Shown here one piece after another: positions 1 through 12,915 of a stretch of 64,000 nt of DNA. The translations under genes and the position numbers were made by a program. Numbering within the stretch: position 1 is the first letter of the stretch; every line of letters begins with the position of its first letter. This DNA is from Lophium mytilinum (lineage: Eukaryota), in NCBI GenBank assembly GCA_010093605.1, contig MU004182.1:901032-965031 (forward strand). The letters run 5' to 3'. The notes beneath the pieces are model-generated. The model searched no databases. It saw only the letters and a program-made list of their open reading frames with translations, and was not told the origin of the DNA.

Positions 1-202
1 CTAGTCGCGACCCGATGCAGCGGTTATCACGATGGAAATAGGAACCACTTTGGCGCTGCTGTGCCTCTTTTCCTGTAGCCTTTTATCTACAGGCAGGCCG
101 CCCCAAATCTGGCTGTAACACTAACGCTGCGAACTGTCGTTCTCTTCTTCGCGAGCAGTTATCCTCTCACTCTTATCCACATTTCCCTCCGTAAACGCAA
201 CA

Positions 203-2596
203 ATGGGTAACGTCGTGGCTAGAACTTGGCGGAGCCGCACATTGAGCACCGTACCTCTAGAAATTTCGTATCCAAATGCGTCACTTCCACCCTCAAGGTC
301 TTCGACTGGCCACGAAGACGATGACGAGAAGTCTTGGCAGGATCTCCCTCGAATGGAGAGCTGGCCGAAAAAGGCCAGCCAATTGAAGCAGCGCAATTGG
401 GTTTCCTATCTGTATCTCTTAGTAGACCTTTTATTGGTATTGCTACCAGTATTTTTCATCTGTAGGTGTTTTTAATACTCAGACATTAAGAAGCGTGTCT
501 GACCCACCGACAGTGTTAGGTATTGCCGTAATCACTCTTCATCGGAAGCCCACAAAAGGAAGTTCATTTGGTACCAAAGTAGAGTTTGCAACTCAGCTTG
601 TAGGTGCTACTAACTGCCATAGTGACGTTGCTAATTTGCACTAGGGTCCTACCATCTTTCCGATACTGTTCGCTGCAATCATTGGCCGCAGTATGAAGAT
701 GATTGCTCGATATCTCGCCGAGAAGGGAGCAAAGCTCAGCGTACGTCCTAGTAATGTATTTTGTTGGAGTAGAGCTATACTGACTTAGTGTTGCAGACCT
801 TGGAACTGTTGATGGCGAGCCAGTCTGTCTGGGGGACCGTCGAGAGTCAATTCTTGATGAGACGCCTCACTGTCGTGGGGGCTCACTTACTTATTCTTTG
901 GTCCCTTTCCCCTTTAGGCGGTCAGGCCTCGTTGCGATTGCTCGGGACCGCCGGCGAGGCCAACAATACGTCGCACAAGATTCGATACTTGACCACTGGT
1001 CCTGGCGGGACGCTATGGGGACTTGAAACTGGGTTCGCTGGAGACCAAGTAGCCGCTGATGTGGATGCTTTGTACACCGCAGCTCTTCTTGCTCCTAATT
1101 CAATCAAATTGGGCCCACAGGACACCTGGGGGAACGTCAAGATTCCGTCAATGGTTTCACTAAATGAGTCGACCGCTGATGCTGATGGGTGGATCAGTAC
1201 GCCGATTTCGATGGCAGCCGCCGAAGACTACTCTTCCCTGATGGGACTACCGGTTGTGGGGCGACCTCTAAACGCAAACGCGAACTTCAGCATGGAGTCT
1301 ACATATCTGTCCGTACAGTGTAGCAAGTTCACACAACCGCTTTACCCGAATCCTTTCCATACTATCGACCTATCTGTGGATCCCGTTCAGCTTTCTCGCT
1401 TGATATCAGGGCTCATTCAGAGAGATCTCGGTTCAGACTACAATCCCCTTAAAGGGACAACATTCTTTATGGACACCGATCTACCACTCTACGCCGTCGG
1501 CAGCCCCAATTTATCCGAAGACGATGACCTTGCGCAAATTCGAGCCGAAGGTTTTGTCGGTTTCTTTAACTCATCTGCATCAGCATCAAAGAACGCATCG
1601 GTAACCGCCCGGAGAAACTTGATCTTCGGATCTGTATTTGTCTCTAAAGCAGAGAACTCGACGTTCAGCATTAACAGGGCAAACTGCGAGCTTACGCAAC
1701 ACCACGTTGAATCCGCAGTGGAGTGCGTCAAGGATCAATGCAGTGTCAAAAAGATTAGAAGGTCTCTCACAGATAAACGTCCATCAGAGTATACTGCTTT
1801 CGATACCTATAGTGTAGCCAGTGAGTTTGTTAAGAATTTGGCGAAGGGTCAGAATCGACCCCGCGGATCGTCGCCGACAGAGAGATTCCTGTCCAACTCT
1901 ACTGCGTTTCCATTCTTACAAACAGCCGACTACACAGCTGGGTATTTGAAGGATGATGAGGTGTTTACGGACCTATCCAAAGTGCCAATCGATACTTTCT
2001 CTCGACGACTTAGCCTTATAATCAACACATATTATCAGCTGAGTGTTAGTACTACTGGATACTTCGGCAACCTCCCGCAGAATTTGACGCTTTACGGACC
2101 TGACACACTCCCTGTCAACGACCTAGACACGTATTTGCCGAAGAATCGGTCGGCAACGACCCACTCATTCCCGGACTGGTGGGCCATTTTCCCGGGGGTG
2201 ATGCTTACATTTACCAAGGGGGCGCCCTTTTTAGGGGCGACTACGAATGCAACAATCACTACCCACCAGCAGATTTTTGTTTGCAGCTTCGCATGGATGT
2301 CGCTTCTCTTGGCTGCATCGACCATCATGCTTGCAACGGGCGCCGCAGCCCTTCTGTTGAGACGGAATACCATTGCCCCGGAGATGTTTGGGTTTGTGGC
2401 CAGCATGACATATGAAAACACTCATGTTAAAATACCTTCTGGTGGCAACGTCCTCGACGCAATGGAACGAGCCAGGCTGTTGAAGGATGTCAAAGTTCGC
2501 GTTGGCGATGTACGAGGCGAAGCAGATGTGGGCCATATTGCATTTTCGGCCGGAGTCAAGACTCGAACGTTGGAGAGAGGCAGACTTTACGAATGA
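203..2596 (+). CDS. Multi-pass membrane protein of unknown function (about 4 exons)
   Basis: ATG at 203. Inferred introns 462-513, 600-644 and 741-796 (GT..AG with branch sites) join the 203-475 ORF to the 602-aa ORF. Hydrophobic segments lie near both termini around a large loop rich in N-glycosylation sequons. Confidence 0.75.
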
Positions 2597-3756
2597 GCTT
2601 TACCACCCGATCGCCGTTTCAGTTTCCTCGACCTGCGCCACGATCGATGTAACCCAAGCTGTCTCAAGTGGGCTGTAAAGAACGAATGGAGTCGATGTCT
2701 TACAATACTCTATTTCGCATGATGCGCTAAAGAGCAACGAAATGATCAGGAAGTTGCGCACTATCGTCACTTCGTTGTTTCTTCAGGAAGCGGCCCCATG
2801 ATGAGACGACAGCCTGCCCGGATGCCATTTTGGTTGTGGCGCCAAGGCTCCAAGCCTGAGGCTGAGAATCTCGTCGTCCACAAACTATTCAGGCGAAGAA
2901 GGCTGACTCGACTGAGCGGTGTGTCTCCAGTAGGACCCGGTCTTTTCCTTGAGCGGAGCATTTTCCAAGGTGCTGAACAGACAGGCGCTTCCCGACGACC
3001 AGTACTTTCGCACAGTCGACGATGGATGTGACCTACCAAACGCGGTGGCGCCCGAGAGGTTGAAACTGGCCGTGGGCAACGTCGACGTGGATAGCGGTGT
3101 CTCTCGCAGCGACAACGGACGGGCATCCTTCACCAATCGACCCCTGCTCGCTGTGAGTGGAGCAAGATGGTGCGGCTAATGCGAAACAAGCTGCCCGGCC
3201 CGCCAGATTTTCCGGGGCCAGCGAATCGGCGGCCACCAGCTAGCGGCCACCCCTGAGCTTGAAACATCACCCTCCTGGCTGGCTACCATCGTCAAGTCAG
3301 CGGCCGCACCGAGGGCATTGACGACTATCCTCGCGCGTCAATGTACCTGCATCACCCTAGAGTCGCCGATCAGCGTTGTTTGGCTGCCATGTTTGCCTCC
3401 ATCCTAGCTCCCGCGTTTCAACCCCATAGAACGATTCACAGCGGGACGGTATCCTTACCGTTGTTTGGTTTCCCTTCAACGGGCTCGAAACTTTGTCCAG
3501 AATTAACGGAGCGTAGGTTCAGGGGAAGAGACGATCGGCGCTTTCACGATGTGACCTGAGATTTCTATATAATTGTCTTTCCTTGGCTTTCTAGTATCTT
3601 CATCCTCTCAGCTTTGTCTCGCATTTTCGCATTCTTTCTGTAGATACTCCCGCTTTCGAGCATTTTCTTCTCTTTCTAGCTGGTCTAGTATCTTTTTGCA
3701 TTTAAACGACCACATTCCTTCAAATCATTTACCACAACGCTTTCACGATCTCCAAC

Positions 3757-4911
3757 ATGTCTCTACGAACTGCATTGACGGCTGTAGCAGCCCTTCTCTT
3801 CGCCTCGTCCGCCAACGCCCACATGATCATGGCAAGCCCTGTTCCATTCAGCGTCGACAAGCTTGACAATGCTCCCATCACAGCTGCGCAGTATCCATGC
3901 AAAATCAATCTTGGCTTCACCGTCTCAACCATGAACAATATGAAGGTTGGCGAGGAACAGACTTTGTCCTTCAAGGGCTCCGCTGTCCATGGAGGTGGCA
4001 GCTGCCAGCTGAGTGTCACGACCGACAAGAGCCCCACCGCGAACTCGAAATTCAAGGTCATCATGTCCATGGAAGGTGGTTGCCCCGGTATCGATGGCCC
4101 CAAGACTTTCCCGTTCAAGATTCCCGACAGCATCCCCAATGGCCAGGTCACTCTGGCCTGGACCTGGTTCTCACGCCTGAGCGGCGGCCCTGAGCTGTAC
4201 ATGAACTGCGCACCCGTCACTGTCACCGGTGGCGCCAGCGACACCAAGGCATTTGACGCTCTTCCCGACATGTTCGTCGCCAACATCGCTACGGCTCAGT
4301 GCACCACCCCCGCGAACTTCAACACCAAGTTCCCCAACCCGGGCCAGAACGTCCTGACCGACGACTCGGCCGCCGCCGCCAACCCGCCAACTGGCGCAGG
4401 CTGTGGCAAGGCCGTTAGTGGTGGAGGAGGAGGAGCCGCCTCCTCAGCAGCCGGCGGTGTCTCATCAGCGGCCGCGACCTCCATGCCCGCAACCTCTGCC
4501 GCAGAAGCCCCCAGCAACACCGGCGGCGTCTTCGCACCCGGCGCCTCCTCCGCGGCCCCAGCCGAAGGCACTTCCACCCTCACGACCCTCGTCACCCTCA
4601 CCGCCTCGCCCTCTGTCCCAGCAGCCGCTACCTCCGCACCCGCAGCTGGTACCGAAGCGCCCGCAGCCGGTACCTCAGCAGCCGCAGCGCCGGTCCCTAC
4701 CACCCCGAGCGGCGGCGGAGAGGGCGCTGATTGCACTACGAACGGCGCAGTTGTGTGCAACGGGGCCACGCAGTTCGGTCTCTGCAACAACGGGCATGTG
4801 GTCTGGCAGGCTGTCGCGGCGGGCACGACTTGCAACAACGGGCAGATTACCAAGAGGCACTGGCGACGGGAGCTGAGAGGCCGTGTGCCGCTGAAGCCGG
4901 AGTCTTTGTAG
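3757..4911 (+). CDS. Secreted AA11 lytic polysaccharide monooxygenase with Ala/Pro/Thr linker and C-terminal Cys-rich (X278-like) module
   Basis: Signal peptide (..SSANA) followed directly by His (HMIMASPVPF). Carries the AA11 motifs GSAVHGGGSCQ, LAWTWF and ELYMNCAP, and a C-terminal CTTNGAVVCNGATQFGLC..C module. Confidence 0.9.
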   Translation: MSLRTALTAVAALLFASSANAHMIMASPVPFSVDKLDNAPITAAQYPCKINLGFTVSTMNNMKVGEEQTLSFKGSAVHGGGSCQLSVTTDKSPTANSKFKVIMSMEGGCPGIDGPKTFPFKIPDSIPNGQVTLAWTWFSRLSGGPELYMNCAPVTVTGGASDTKAFDALPDMFVANIATAQCTTPANFNTKFPNPGQNVLTDDSAAAANPPTGAGCGKAVSGGGGGAASSAAGGVSSAAATSMPATSAAEAPSNTGGVFAPGASSAAPAEGTSTLTTLVTLTASPSVPAAATSAPAAGTEAPAAGTSAAAAPVPTTPSGGGEGADCTTNGAVVCNGATQFGLCNNGHVVWQAVAAGTTCNNGQITKRHWRRELRGRVPLKPESL

Positions 4912-5265
4912 GATAGTCGGCCGTTCGGTCTGTGATCTTGGGATGGCATGGCAGGCGTGAGAGTTTCATGGACAGGACTCCATGGTCGGAGTAAATATTT
5001 CCTTTCTGTTGGGGATTTCTGGTTTGGTGATACAGTCGCTTCGCATCGCATATCTGGCGTCTTCTTGGGCATTTCTGGGTCGGGGATGGAGTCTTTCTAC
5101 AATATGCATACATACTCTCGCACAGCGCAAGAAGCTGTCGCCAAGTGTCTTTAAAAATTCAAGATCTTGAAATACACACTTGGTATTGCACTACCGTGAT
5201 ATCTTGAACCGTGTTATCCATATAATGCTAGAAACGCCTGATCTCCCTCTTTCATGATCCCACAC

Positions 5266-7045
5266 TCACTGCGGCAGACTGACCTTCCTCGGCCTCCCCA
5301 CTGGCATCTTCTTGCGCTCCGGCCGTACCTCCGCCACTGGCGTTTGCGGCGTCGCACTCCGCTCCCGCCCCCGCTCGCCTACTTCCGCGTCGCGGGGCAG
5401 CCGGAGCGCTAGATACGTCTCCTCAGCCGGCTTTGCGGTATCGAAGACCTCGTTCATGTATTTCTCCACCACGTCAGGCGTGTGCACGGCGCGAGCGAAC
5501 CACTCGATCACGCGGGGGTCGTTGGCCGCGACGAGGGCGGTGACGGGTTGGTAGAGAACTACCTTTGGCTCCTCTTTCTTGGTCTTCTCTTGATCGTTGG
5601 CTGCGCTCGCAGAGTTGTTAGAGGTAGCTGGGCTCGCGCCGTTAGCGGCCGCAAGAGCTCCTTTCGGTGCTGCTTTGGTCGGCTTGGGGGTCGGCGTGGG
5701 CTCCGCGCTGCCTTTCTGGGCCGCGTCGAGCTGCTCCTGGGTTTTGGTGACTAGGAACGATGCTCGTAGCTGGCGGCCGCCTGGGAGGAACTCGAGTATG
5801 CTGTGTTCGGGGAAGTATAGCTTGTCTGCGTTGTTCTCGTGGAACTCGAAGACGATGGGACGCAAAGCAGGTTTCTGAGGTTGGGCTGGGGGCCCGTAAG
5901 GGCTGTTGTGAGGGTTCGATTGGGCAGTGCCGTAGGCGTTGTAAGGAGTCTGAGGTGCGCATGCGGATGGGACGGGTGTAGGAGTGGGTACCACTGGTGT
6001 AGCTGGACTCGGACGTGCTGGGGTAGCTTGTGGAGCTGGAAGTGGAGTTTGAGTCGGCCGTGGTGGAGGTGGAGCAGGCGTGGGAGGGGCTGCTGCTGCT
6101 TGCTTTGCCTGTGCTGCTTTCTGTGTTTCGAGAATCTTGGTCAACCCGTTGATGTGACTCTGGAAGAATTCGAGTTGTTGCGGTGTGGCTTCACCCTTTG
6201 CAACAATCTTCATGACCGACTTCAGTTCGGGATCCGTCCCTGCTCGCTGTGCTAGCATGTGGATGACGGGGTCCGGGGCAGCTTGTGCTCCAGCGGCTGC
6301 CGACGCAGGAGTACCTGGGGCTGGAGTGGGTGTACTAGGGGCGACGGATTGCTTCTGTGGTATCGGAGTTGGCCTAGGCTGTTGATTTGGGGAAGGTTTG
6401 TATTGAGGTGTTGCAGGAGGGTGCAGTGGCTGGTAGGCGAACGTAGAGCCGTACTGCGGAGTGTATCTCGGAGCTGGTGGCGCCATGTCCTTGATGGTGT
6501 AGACTGAGACCGTGAAGATGTGGGGATCCACGGTAAAATTGGCGTCTCCAATCTTGATCATGGACTTGAGAAGCACTTTGTCCCTTGCTAGTGCATCCTT
6601 GTCCTGTTGTGTGCGCTCCTTCAACTTCTTGACATTTGTAGGCTTGGTGTAGTATTTTTTGAAGTGGCAGCCACTGAGCCAAACTTCTCGCGATCGTTTG
6701 AGGGATGCATTGAGGACACCACTAGTGTACAGTAGATTAGCAGGATGCTGATAGCTGGGCATATATTCTCTCATACCTTTGGATGATAGACTGGTACTCG
6801 TCCACGGGCAGGTCGGCCGGTTGGGGTTGACTGAGCGTCGGAAGAGGCTGTCCATCCACCAGCTTTATCGGTAGGGACTCCTGAGCTGGCTCTGGCCCAT
6901 CAACCGGTATTGATACGATCGGTAGGACATCCGATTCTTTCTTCCGTCGCTTTGAAGGGTTGGACTTCGGGGGAGGCGTTTCGACCACGGCCGCTGCTTG
7001 CGCCGCTCTGGCCCGTGTTGTGCGCGTCTCGCGCGTCTCAGCCAT
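5266..7045 (-). CDS. SWC3: SWR1 complex subunit Swc3-like protein (2 exons)
   Basis: ATG at 7045 (MAETRETR). Intron 6722-6776 (GTATGA..CTAG) gives LPTL..YQSIIQSGVLNASLKRSREVW..KYYTKP. Also DPVIHMLAQRAGTDPELKSVMKIVA and IVFEF..YFPEHSILEF blocks, as I recall from Pezizomycotina Swc3. Confidence 0.75.
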
Positions 7046-7483
7046 ATTGCATTTGTCGCAGGGGCTTTGTATTTGCAATCGGATACCGAGACGAGTAGCC
7101 TGGTGGTAGTGGTGTATGTGGGGTGGGTGCTGGCGCGGTGACGACGTTTACAACGTTGCCGATCATTTTGCGGAGAGACGCGCCTCGCCCTCTGCGCACG
7201 TGACCTAGCGCGGCTGTGGCTAAGTTCAGCTCAAGCCCGGCTCAGCTTCGGCTCAATTCTCCTCAGGTCTGCTCAGCCTTGCTCAGCCTTCCCCGCCGGC
7301 TACGGCACAGTCTCAGGAGCTTCTCGCATTATCCAACTTGATTCTAGTGGAATCACCCTCTGAAATTGGGTCGGAAGGAGCGGGCCTCGGCGCTGACGGG
7401 ATCTGGGCGCCTAATGTAAGCAGCGCATAGTTGATTTCGCATTTTGAGAACACTATCCATCCCACTCGTTGATTGCAGTTATC

Positions 7484-8312
7484 ATGTCCAACCCAGTATT
7501 TGTGCTTCTTCACGGCGCGTGGCATAGCCCCAAATGTTGGAACCGCCTGATTGCTCAACTAGAAAAGTCGGGCCACTCGGCCGTCGCGCCTGCCCTGCCA
7601 TCCTCTGGATATAATCCACCACTCCCAGACTGGTCGAAAGATGTCGAGATAATTCGCAACACGGTGACCGATCTTGTCCAGGAGCACCATGTGATCGTGG
7701 TCACGCACAGCTTTAGTGGTATGACTGGTGGTACTGCTCTGGAGGGACTCGACAAAGAGACCTGCAAGTCCAAAGGTCTGAAAGGGGGAGTTGTGAGATT
7801 GGTTTACATCATTGCTTTCCTAGTACCAGAGCGATTCCAGCACTCCCCTCAAGGCACTAGAGACAACATGGTGCCGGAGATGATCACTGATCTTGATGTG
7901 CGTCCCATAAGTGACCGCCCGTCTCCATCCTACCATTTTTGACCATATTTAACAGGCCAATTCCGTTACTGTGCGACCAGAAGACGCAAAGGCTATGTTT
8001 TATCAAGACATAGAGGACGATGCAGTTGCCGAGCTTGCGAAAGACCTGCGCCCACAGAGCTTGGGAGCCTTCTGGAGCACGACTACATTTGCTGCTTGGC
8101 GTTATATCCCAACAACTTACGTCCTGTGCACCGGAGACAAGCCATCCACAGTAACTGCTGCACAATACCTGGTTGATTCGGGGAAAGCAAGTGGACCCCA
8201 TAAGATTGATAACTTGATTAAAGTGGACTCTGGGCATTCTCCGTTCATCAGCAACCCAGAATGGACTGCCCAGACCCTGATTGACGAGGCAGGAAGAGAG
8301 TTCCAGGTCTAA
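7484..8312 (+). CDS. Alpha/beta hydrolase (Abhydrolase_6, methylesterase-like; 2 exons)
   Basis: FVLLHGAWHSP oxyanion motif, THSFSG nucleophile elbow, CTGDK acid and SGHSPF catalytic His. Intron about 7897-7955. Confidence 0.9.
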
Positions 8313-9006
8313 GATGACTCCAGTATGGATAAGCATAGCATCGAAACAAGATAAGTACGTAATTAACTATGCATGCCAAACTTCAAGATCGTGTCTACCT
8401 AATCTGATTACCTGAACTTCTTTCAGAGCGTTCAACAATTTGGTTGTTGTCCAACCACAGTCAAACGCCCAATTCTGTAAGCAAGCTTCTGTCTGTTTTT
8501 AAAGACGTTCGAGATCAATTCTCTACAACGATTCCTAGAGTCATCGTTAATGCGATCCAAAGCTTTGTAGCTTACTTCCTTAGAAGCCATCATGGCCGTA
8601 TCTAATTGGAAAGGCAGCAATTCCAAAGGAAACGGCCGGTCATCTGATGGTTTGTTCACGAGGCCATTTTCTTTGTAAAACTCTGGGAGCCGAATTGGCT
8701 AGCTGGAAGAAGATTAAAAAACAGACCTCAATAGTCTTGCATTATCACCAATGATTTAGCATCACTATGCCTTTACGGAGGGATAAAAAGACATACTATA
8801 CACACTATGTCAAGCTAGGGAGATTTTATAAAAAAGCCTTTGAATGTGTTGTAAGGTACGCTTTCGATTGTTTAGCAACGGTACAGCCTTTAGACAACAT
8901 TGGAACCTATCAGCCACACGTCACTCTACCCTTGCATGGATGATAAAGTCGCGCAGATCATCTTTGGGCTGTTTTCAATCGGAGAGTAAGTCTGCTCGAG
9001 AACTGG

Positions 9007-9027
9007 CCCCCCCCCCCCCCCCCCCCC
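9007..9027. repeat. Poly-C homopolymer (C21)
   Basis: 21 consecutive C residues read directly from the sequence. Confidence 0.95.
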
Positions 9028-9094
9028 AAACATCGTATCAACGGGTGGCGTTCGTTTACCCCCGACATTTGATTTGCGCGCCGATCCCTAGCCC

Positions 9095-10093
9095 CTAATT
9101 GCCCCATGTTATAGTGCGTACTCTCTGAGAAAAGTTGTCTACCACAGAGTAAACAATTGCCACGGTCTGGCCCGTGGTATCGTACTGTGGCAGGGCGTAT
9201 GGCAGATACACTCCACCACGGTCAGGATCATTGAAAAGGTTGGTGAAACTGCTGAAGGGTCCTTGCGGTTGGTCTGCACGTGCCGCAAGCACACCGGCAA
9301 AGTAGGCTGCCTCGCTGAGATAGACATAGCTGTTGTAATGGGTGCTGAAAAAAGGAGATCCGCCATACGTATTCGTTAGTACGGGAGTGGCTGCCGACTC
9401 ATCCGACACGAACGCATCGCCGTTCCAGTACTGGTAGGCCGACAGAGATGAGACGCTCTTCACATTGAGGAGCACTCGAGCAAGGTAGATGTCGGTGTTG
9501 TTGGTGCCGTAGAGGTAGATGTATCCATCTGTGCCATTGATCACACCGCCATTGCTGTAAGCCGCGTGATTGCTGAGTGTCCAGAATTCAACGGCATTGT
9601 CAATGTTTGTGCACACGGGAGTATCGTTTGAGACGTCCATGATGATGGGACGACTGCCGTGGGCGCTCTCTGCGCCGTTGGCGTGGGTGATGTTGGTGAA
9701 GAAGCCTACGCCGTGGGTACTATTGACGCCGATCACATTCGTCACCCATCCGAGCTGGTCTCCAGTATTGCATAAATTCATGCCATTTGGGGGATCGTGA
9801 ACAATGGCCGGATTTGCCGTATGGTCCACAAAGCTGTTCGTTGCTACAAAGACACAGTTGCTCGTCTCGTCCGTGTCGCAGAGTGAGGTGTCGTAGTTCA
9901 TTGTGAATGACTTTGTTCCAACTGTACCCGGAAACCCAGAATCACGGGAGTATTGCTTGCCCGCTGGAGGGTCGTCGCTTGTGACATTGGTCGGGTCCGA
10001 AACAACACTGGCAATGGGTGCTGCTGGAGTCTGAGCGGAGACGAAACTTGCGAGGGCCGTGAAGGCTACGGTGTACGAGGTGAAAAGAAACAT
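9095..10093 (-). CDS. Secreted beta-rich protein, tentatively DUF4185-like
   Basis: Intronless 332-aa ORF with a signal peptide. Motifs SRDSG, DGYIYLYG..IYLARV..YQYWNG, FSTHYNSYV and A..PQGPFS. Confidence 0.7.
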   Translation of the reverse strand: MFLFTSYTVAFTALASFVSAQTPAAPIASVVSDPTNVTSDDPPAGKQYSRDSGFPGTVGTKSFTMNYDTSLCDTDETSNCVFVATNSFVDHTANPAIVHDPPNGMNLCNTGDQLGWVTNVIGVNSTHGVGFFTNITHANGAESAHGSRPIIMDVSNDTPVCTNIDNAVEFWTLSNHAAYSNGGVINGTDGYIYLYGTNNTDIYLARVLLNVKSVSSLSAYQYWNGDAFVSDESAATPVLTNTYGGSPFFSTHYNSYVYLSEAAYFAGVLAARADQPQGPFSSFTNLFNDPDRGGVYLPYALPQYDTTGQTVAIVYSVVDNFSQRVRTITWGN

Positions 10094-10886
10094 TGCGAAA
10101 ATGCTTGGAATTCTTTGGACTGCTTCTTGTTTTCTTCTTCGAATGATCGCCCTCGTCCATTTATAGATTTTGCCCCTGCTGTGTCCACCCTGGGGAGCCT
10201 TGATTTATTCTCGCGGATAGGGGCTGACATGTGCAATCAAATGTCGTTTCGCTGGCCGCTTGGAGAAAACGAATTCTCGAATAGTCTTATTCTAATGCAG
10301 ATCTCCACAACCCACAGAGTCTGCCGCAATATCAAAGTTCGGGTTTGTATGTTCAACTGCTTCTCTGAAGAGGCATGATTGGACTACGAAATAATTAATC
10401 GGAAAAGAACTACTGCGAAAAACACCGATATTATGGATAAGTCAATGATCGCACCGACGTTCGATGCTATAAGCGAACATTCATCGTGGCCATAGCATAT
10501 GAGCTGAAATTGCAAGCTCTCTCCGTAGCTACGGAGAGAGCTTGTATTGAGGAAGCGTGCAAAGTAACACACCATTGTCGTGCCGAGGCAACTAAAATCT
10601 CACCCTACTTTAACACGTATTACTTGAATCAGAGCTAGTGCTGACGGTTGATCCCGAGACGATGATAGTAGTGTGCTTTGAATGACATTAGAACCCGTTG
10701 GCCATTCGTAGCCCTACCTTTGCAATGATGATAAAGTAGCGCTCCAAACCGCTCCCAATCACTCAATGTTATTAAAGTCTGGTATCATTGCCATGCCGGA
10801 GCTTGGTAGTATTTATTGGAATAGGACGCTAAATTATACAACAAGAATGCTATCTGAGGTATTGAACAAGAAAGAACTTCGCTCTT

Positions 10887-12915
10887 TTAGATCCTGCCAC
10901 GCTCAAGGAACTTGTTGGGGATATCCACATATTTCGACCGGATGTACTCGCATAGATTCTTGCCCAAGCTGTCATAGCCACTAGTAGCATTGAAACCACG
11001 ATCTAGATGGTCGCGGAGAAGGAAGTGTACGGCGAGGATGTTGGGCATCTCAGATCGATCGATGTTCTTGCCCTTGTCATCCTTGCCCAGCAACTCACGA
11101 AGCTTCTCGACACTAAGCATCGTTCGGAACCACTCGTACTCATCGGCGTTGCGCACGAAGAGACCCAAGTTGGCGTTTGAGGACTTGTCACCAGATCGAC
11201 CCATCACGACGTAGCCTAGAGGAGCACGGGTAGTCGGGCCGAATTGTGATAGATCGACGGGGCTGCGGGTGTTGTATGTAGGTTGGTTGAAGTCGTATGT
11301 CTTCATCTGTGTGGGAGTAGGGATTTCGACGACGGTTCCATCAGGAAGATGAGCAGTTTCCTTGACGAACGACTGAGGCATCAAGCTGACCCAGTACTCG
11401 AAGAATGGCCGTCCAATGGCCTGGCGCATGTCTGGAGCCATGGTAGATCCTGGATAACCTTGGAGCAAGTTCTCAATACAGAAGCGGGCGAAAGAACCCC
11501 GATCGGAGTCGATCATAGCACCTGCGGATAAGAGATCGGGATCTTGGGTCTGGGCGAATATCCTCAAGTCGACGGTAGCCTCGTCCTGAGATTGTGGGTC
11601 TACTGGCACCGAACCAGCAATCTGGAACTTCAGGCAAGTAAATTTTTTTGCGTGGTCACCGAGAGCAGCCAAAGTTTGACGTTCGATCATCTTTGCCTTC
11701 TCCTCGATATTAAGACCGGTAAGGTAGAAGTGAAACTCGGCTTGGTAGCCACCCTTGGCGGTGATACCAACTAAGATACTTTGTTAGCGGTTTGTTGGGA
11801 ATTAGAAATAATAGGAACTGCGTACCTTTGGTGGTAGATGGGGCAGGCATGCCCTTAACACCAGAAACCTTGACGGCATTCTCTCCAACTTGTTCTAGCT
11901 TGACATCCTCGATATATGCGGTCACGTCTGAGTTGTAGTAGTAAGGACCCTGAATCTCGTACAGAAGCTGACTAGCAACGGTAGCGACATTGACAAGACC
12001 GTGCTTGCCCTTCTCCATTGTGATAACGGCCTCGCCGAGGTGGTCAAGAGCAGCAATCGGGTAGCCCATGTCGGTATCGTTGACGCCGAGGTCCTTGAAA
12101 CCGCTGTAGTAGCCACCTGTGGCATAGGTGCTGCACTCGATGATGTGTCCAACCATTAAAGCGCCAGCGAGCTCCTGGACGTCCTCTCGCTTCCAGCCGT
12201 GCCACCACATGGCAGCACCGACAATGGGCGACGCGTCAGCGACACGGCCGCAGACGACGATATCTGCTCCTCCCTCAAAGCAGGCTGCGATACCAGTACC
12301 TCCGAGGTAGCATTGGGCGCAGATCGGGTCGAATCCCCAGTCCTGAATGTTCTTGCCGGCGGGAAGGTTGGGGAAGTTCTCGCCTGTATCGAATTAGATC
12401 GTTGTTCGCCAGAAGCAACTTCTTACGGCTTACCCTTGTTGTACAACTCTAGCATGGCATCAGTGACATCGTCGCCATCCACATATCCAACCTTTAGATC
12501 GACACCGTGCTTGATAATCAACTTCTTGACTGCCTCTGCAAGACCTTGGACATCACTCGCACCGGCATTGACGCAAATCTTAGTCTTGTTCTTCGCTAAC
12601 CACGGGATGGCAGGGTCGAGCTCTTCCAAAAAGTATGGTTCGTAGGCAGCGCCAACTGCAGAAAGCTGCTTCTTGTTGAGTTTGTCCCGCTTGTCGGAGC
12701 CACGGAGGGTCATATTGCACTCGCTCATCCAATCTCCAGTGATGACATCGACTTGCGGCTCATTCTTGGCCATGTCATGAATGGCTCTTTTGCGGTCATA
12801 AACACCTGGACGGCAAGTCACATCAGTAAGTATGCTAGATAAAAGTAGGATATCTCTCACCTCCGGAGCATCCTGCCACATTGATGGGCCTCTTGTGGGT
12901 ACCGTTGGCAGCCAT
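10887..12915 (-). CDS. AtuA/DUF1446 (acyclic terpene utilisation family) protein, paralog 1 (4 exons)
   Basis: ATG at 12915; introns 12806-12860, 12384-12433 and 11771-11825. Motifs RPINVAGCSG, VITGDWMSE, GADIVVCGRVADAS, GHIIEC, QLLYEIQG and GRSGDK. Confidence 0.9.

Noticed and set aside
2767..3236. Several overlapping short ORFs upstream of the AA11 gene
   Set aside because: No recognisable motif and no convincing spliced model; probably promoter or intergenic DNA.
4296..5072. 258-aa antisense ORF over AA11, and similar antisense ORFs over the SDR, ECH1, apsB and the zinc-finger gene
   Set aside because: Shadow ORFs produced by GC-rich codon bias of the real genes.
8432..8659. 75-aa ORF in a relatively AT-rich spacer; possible TE or gene relic
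   Set aside because: No TIR, TSD or domain visible and no strong RIP signature; cannot be supported.
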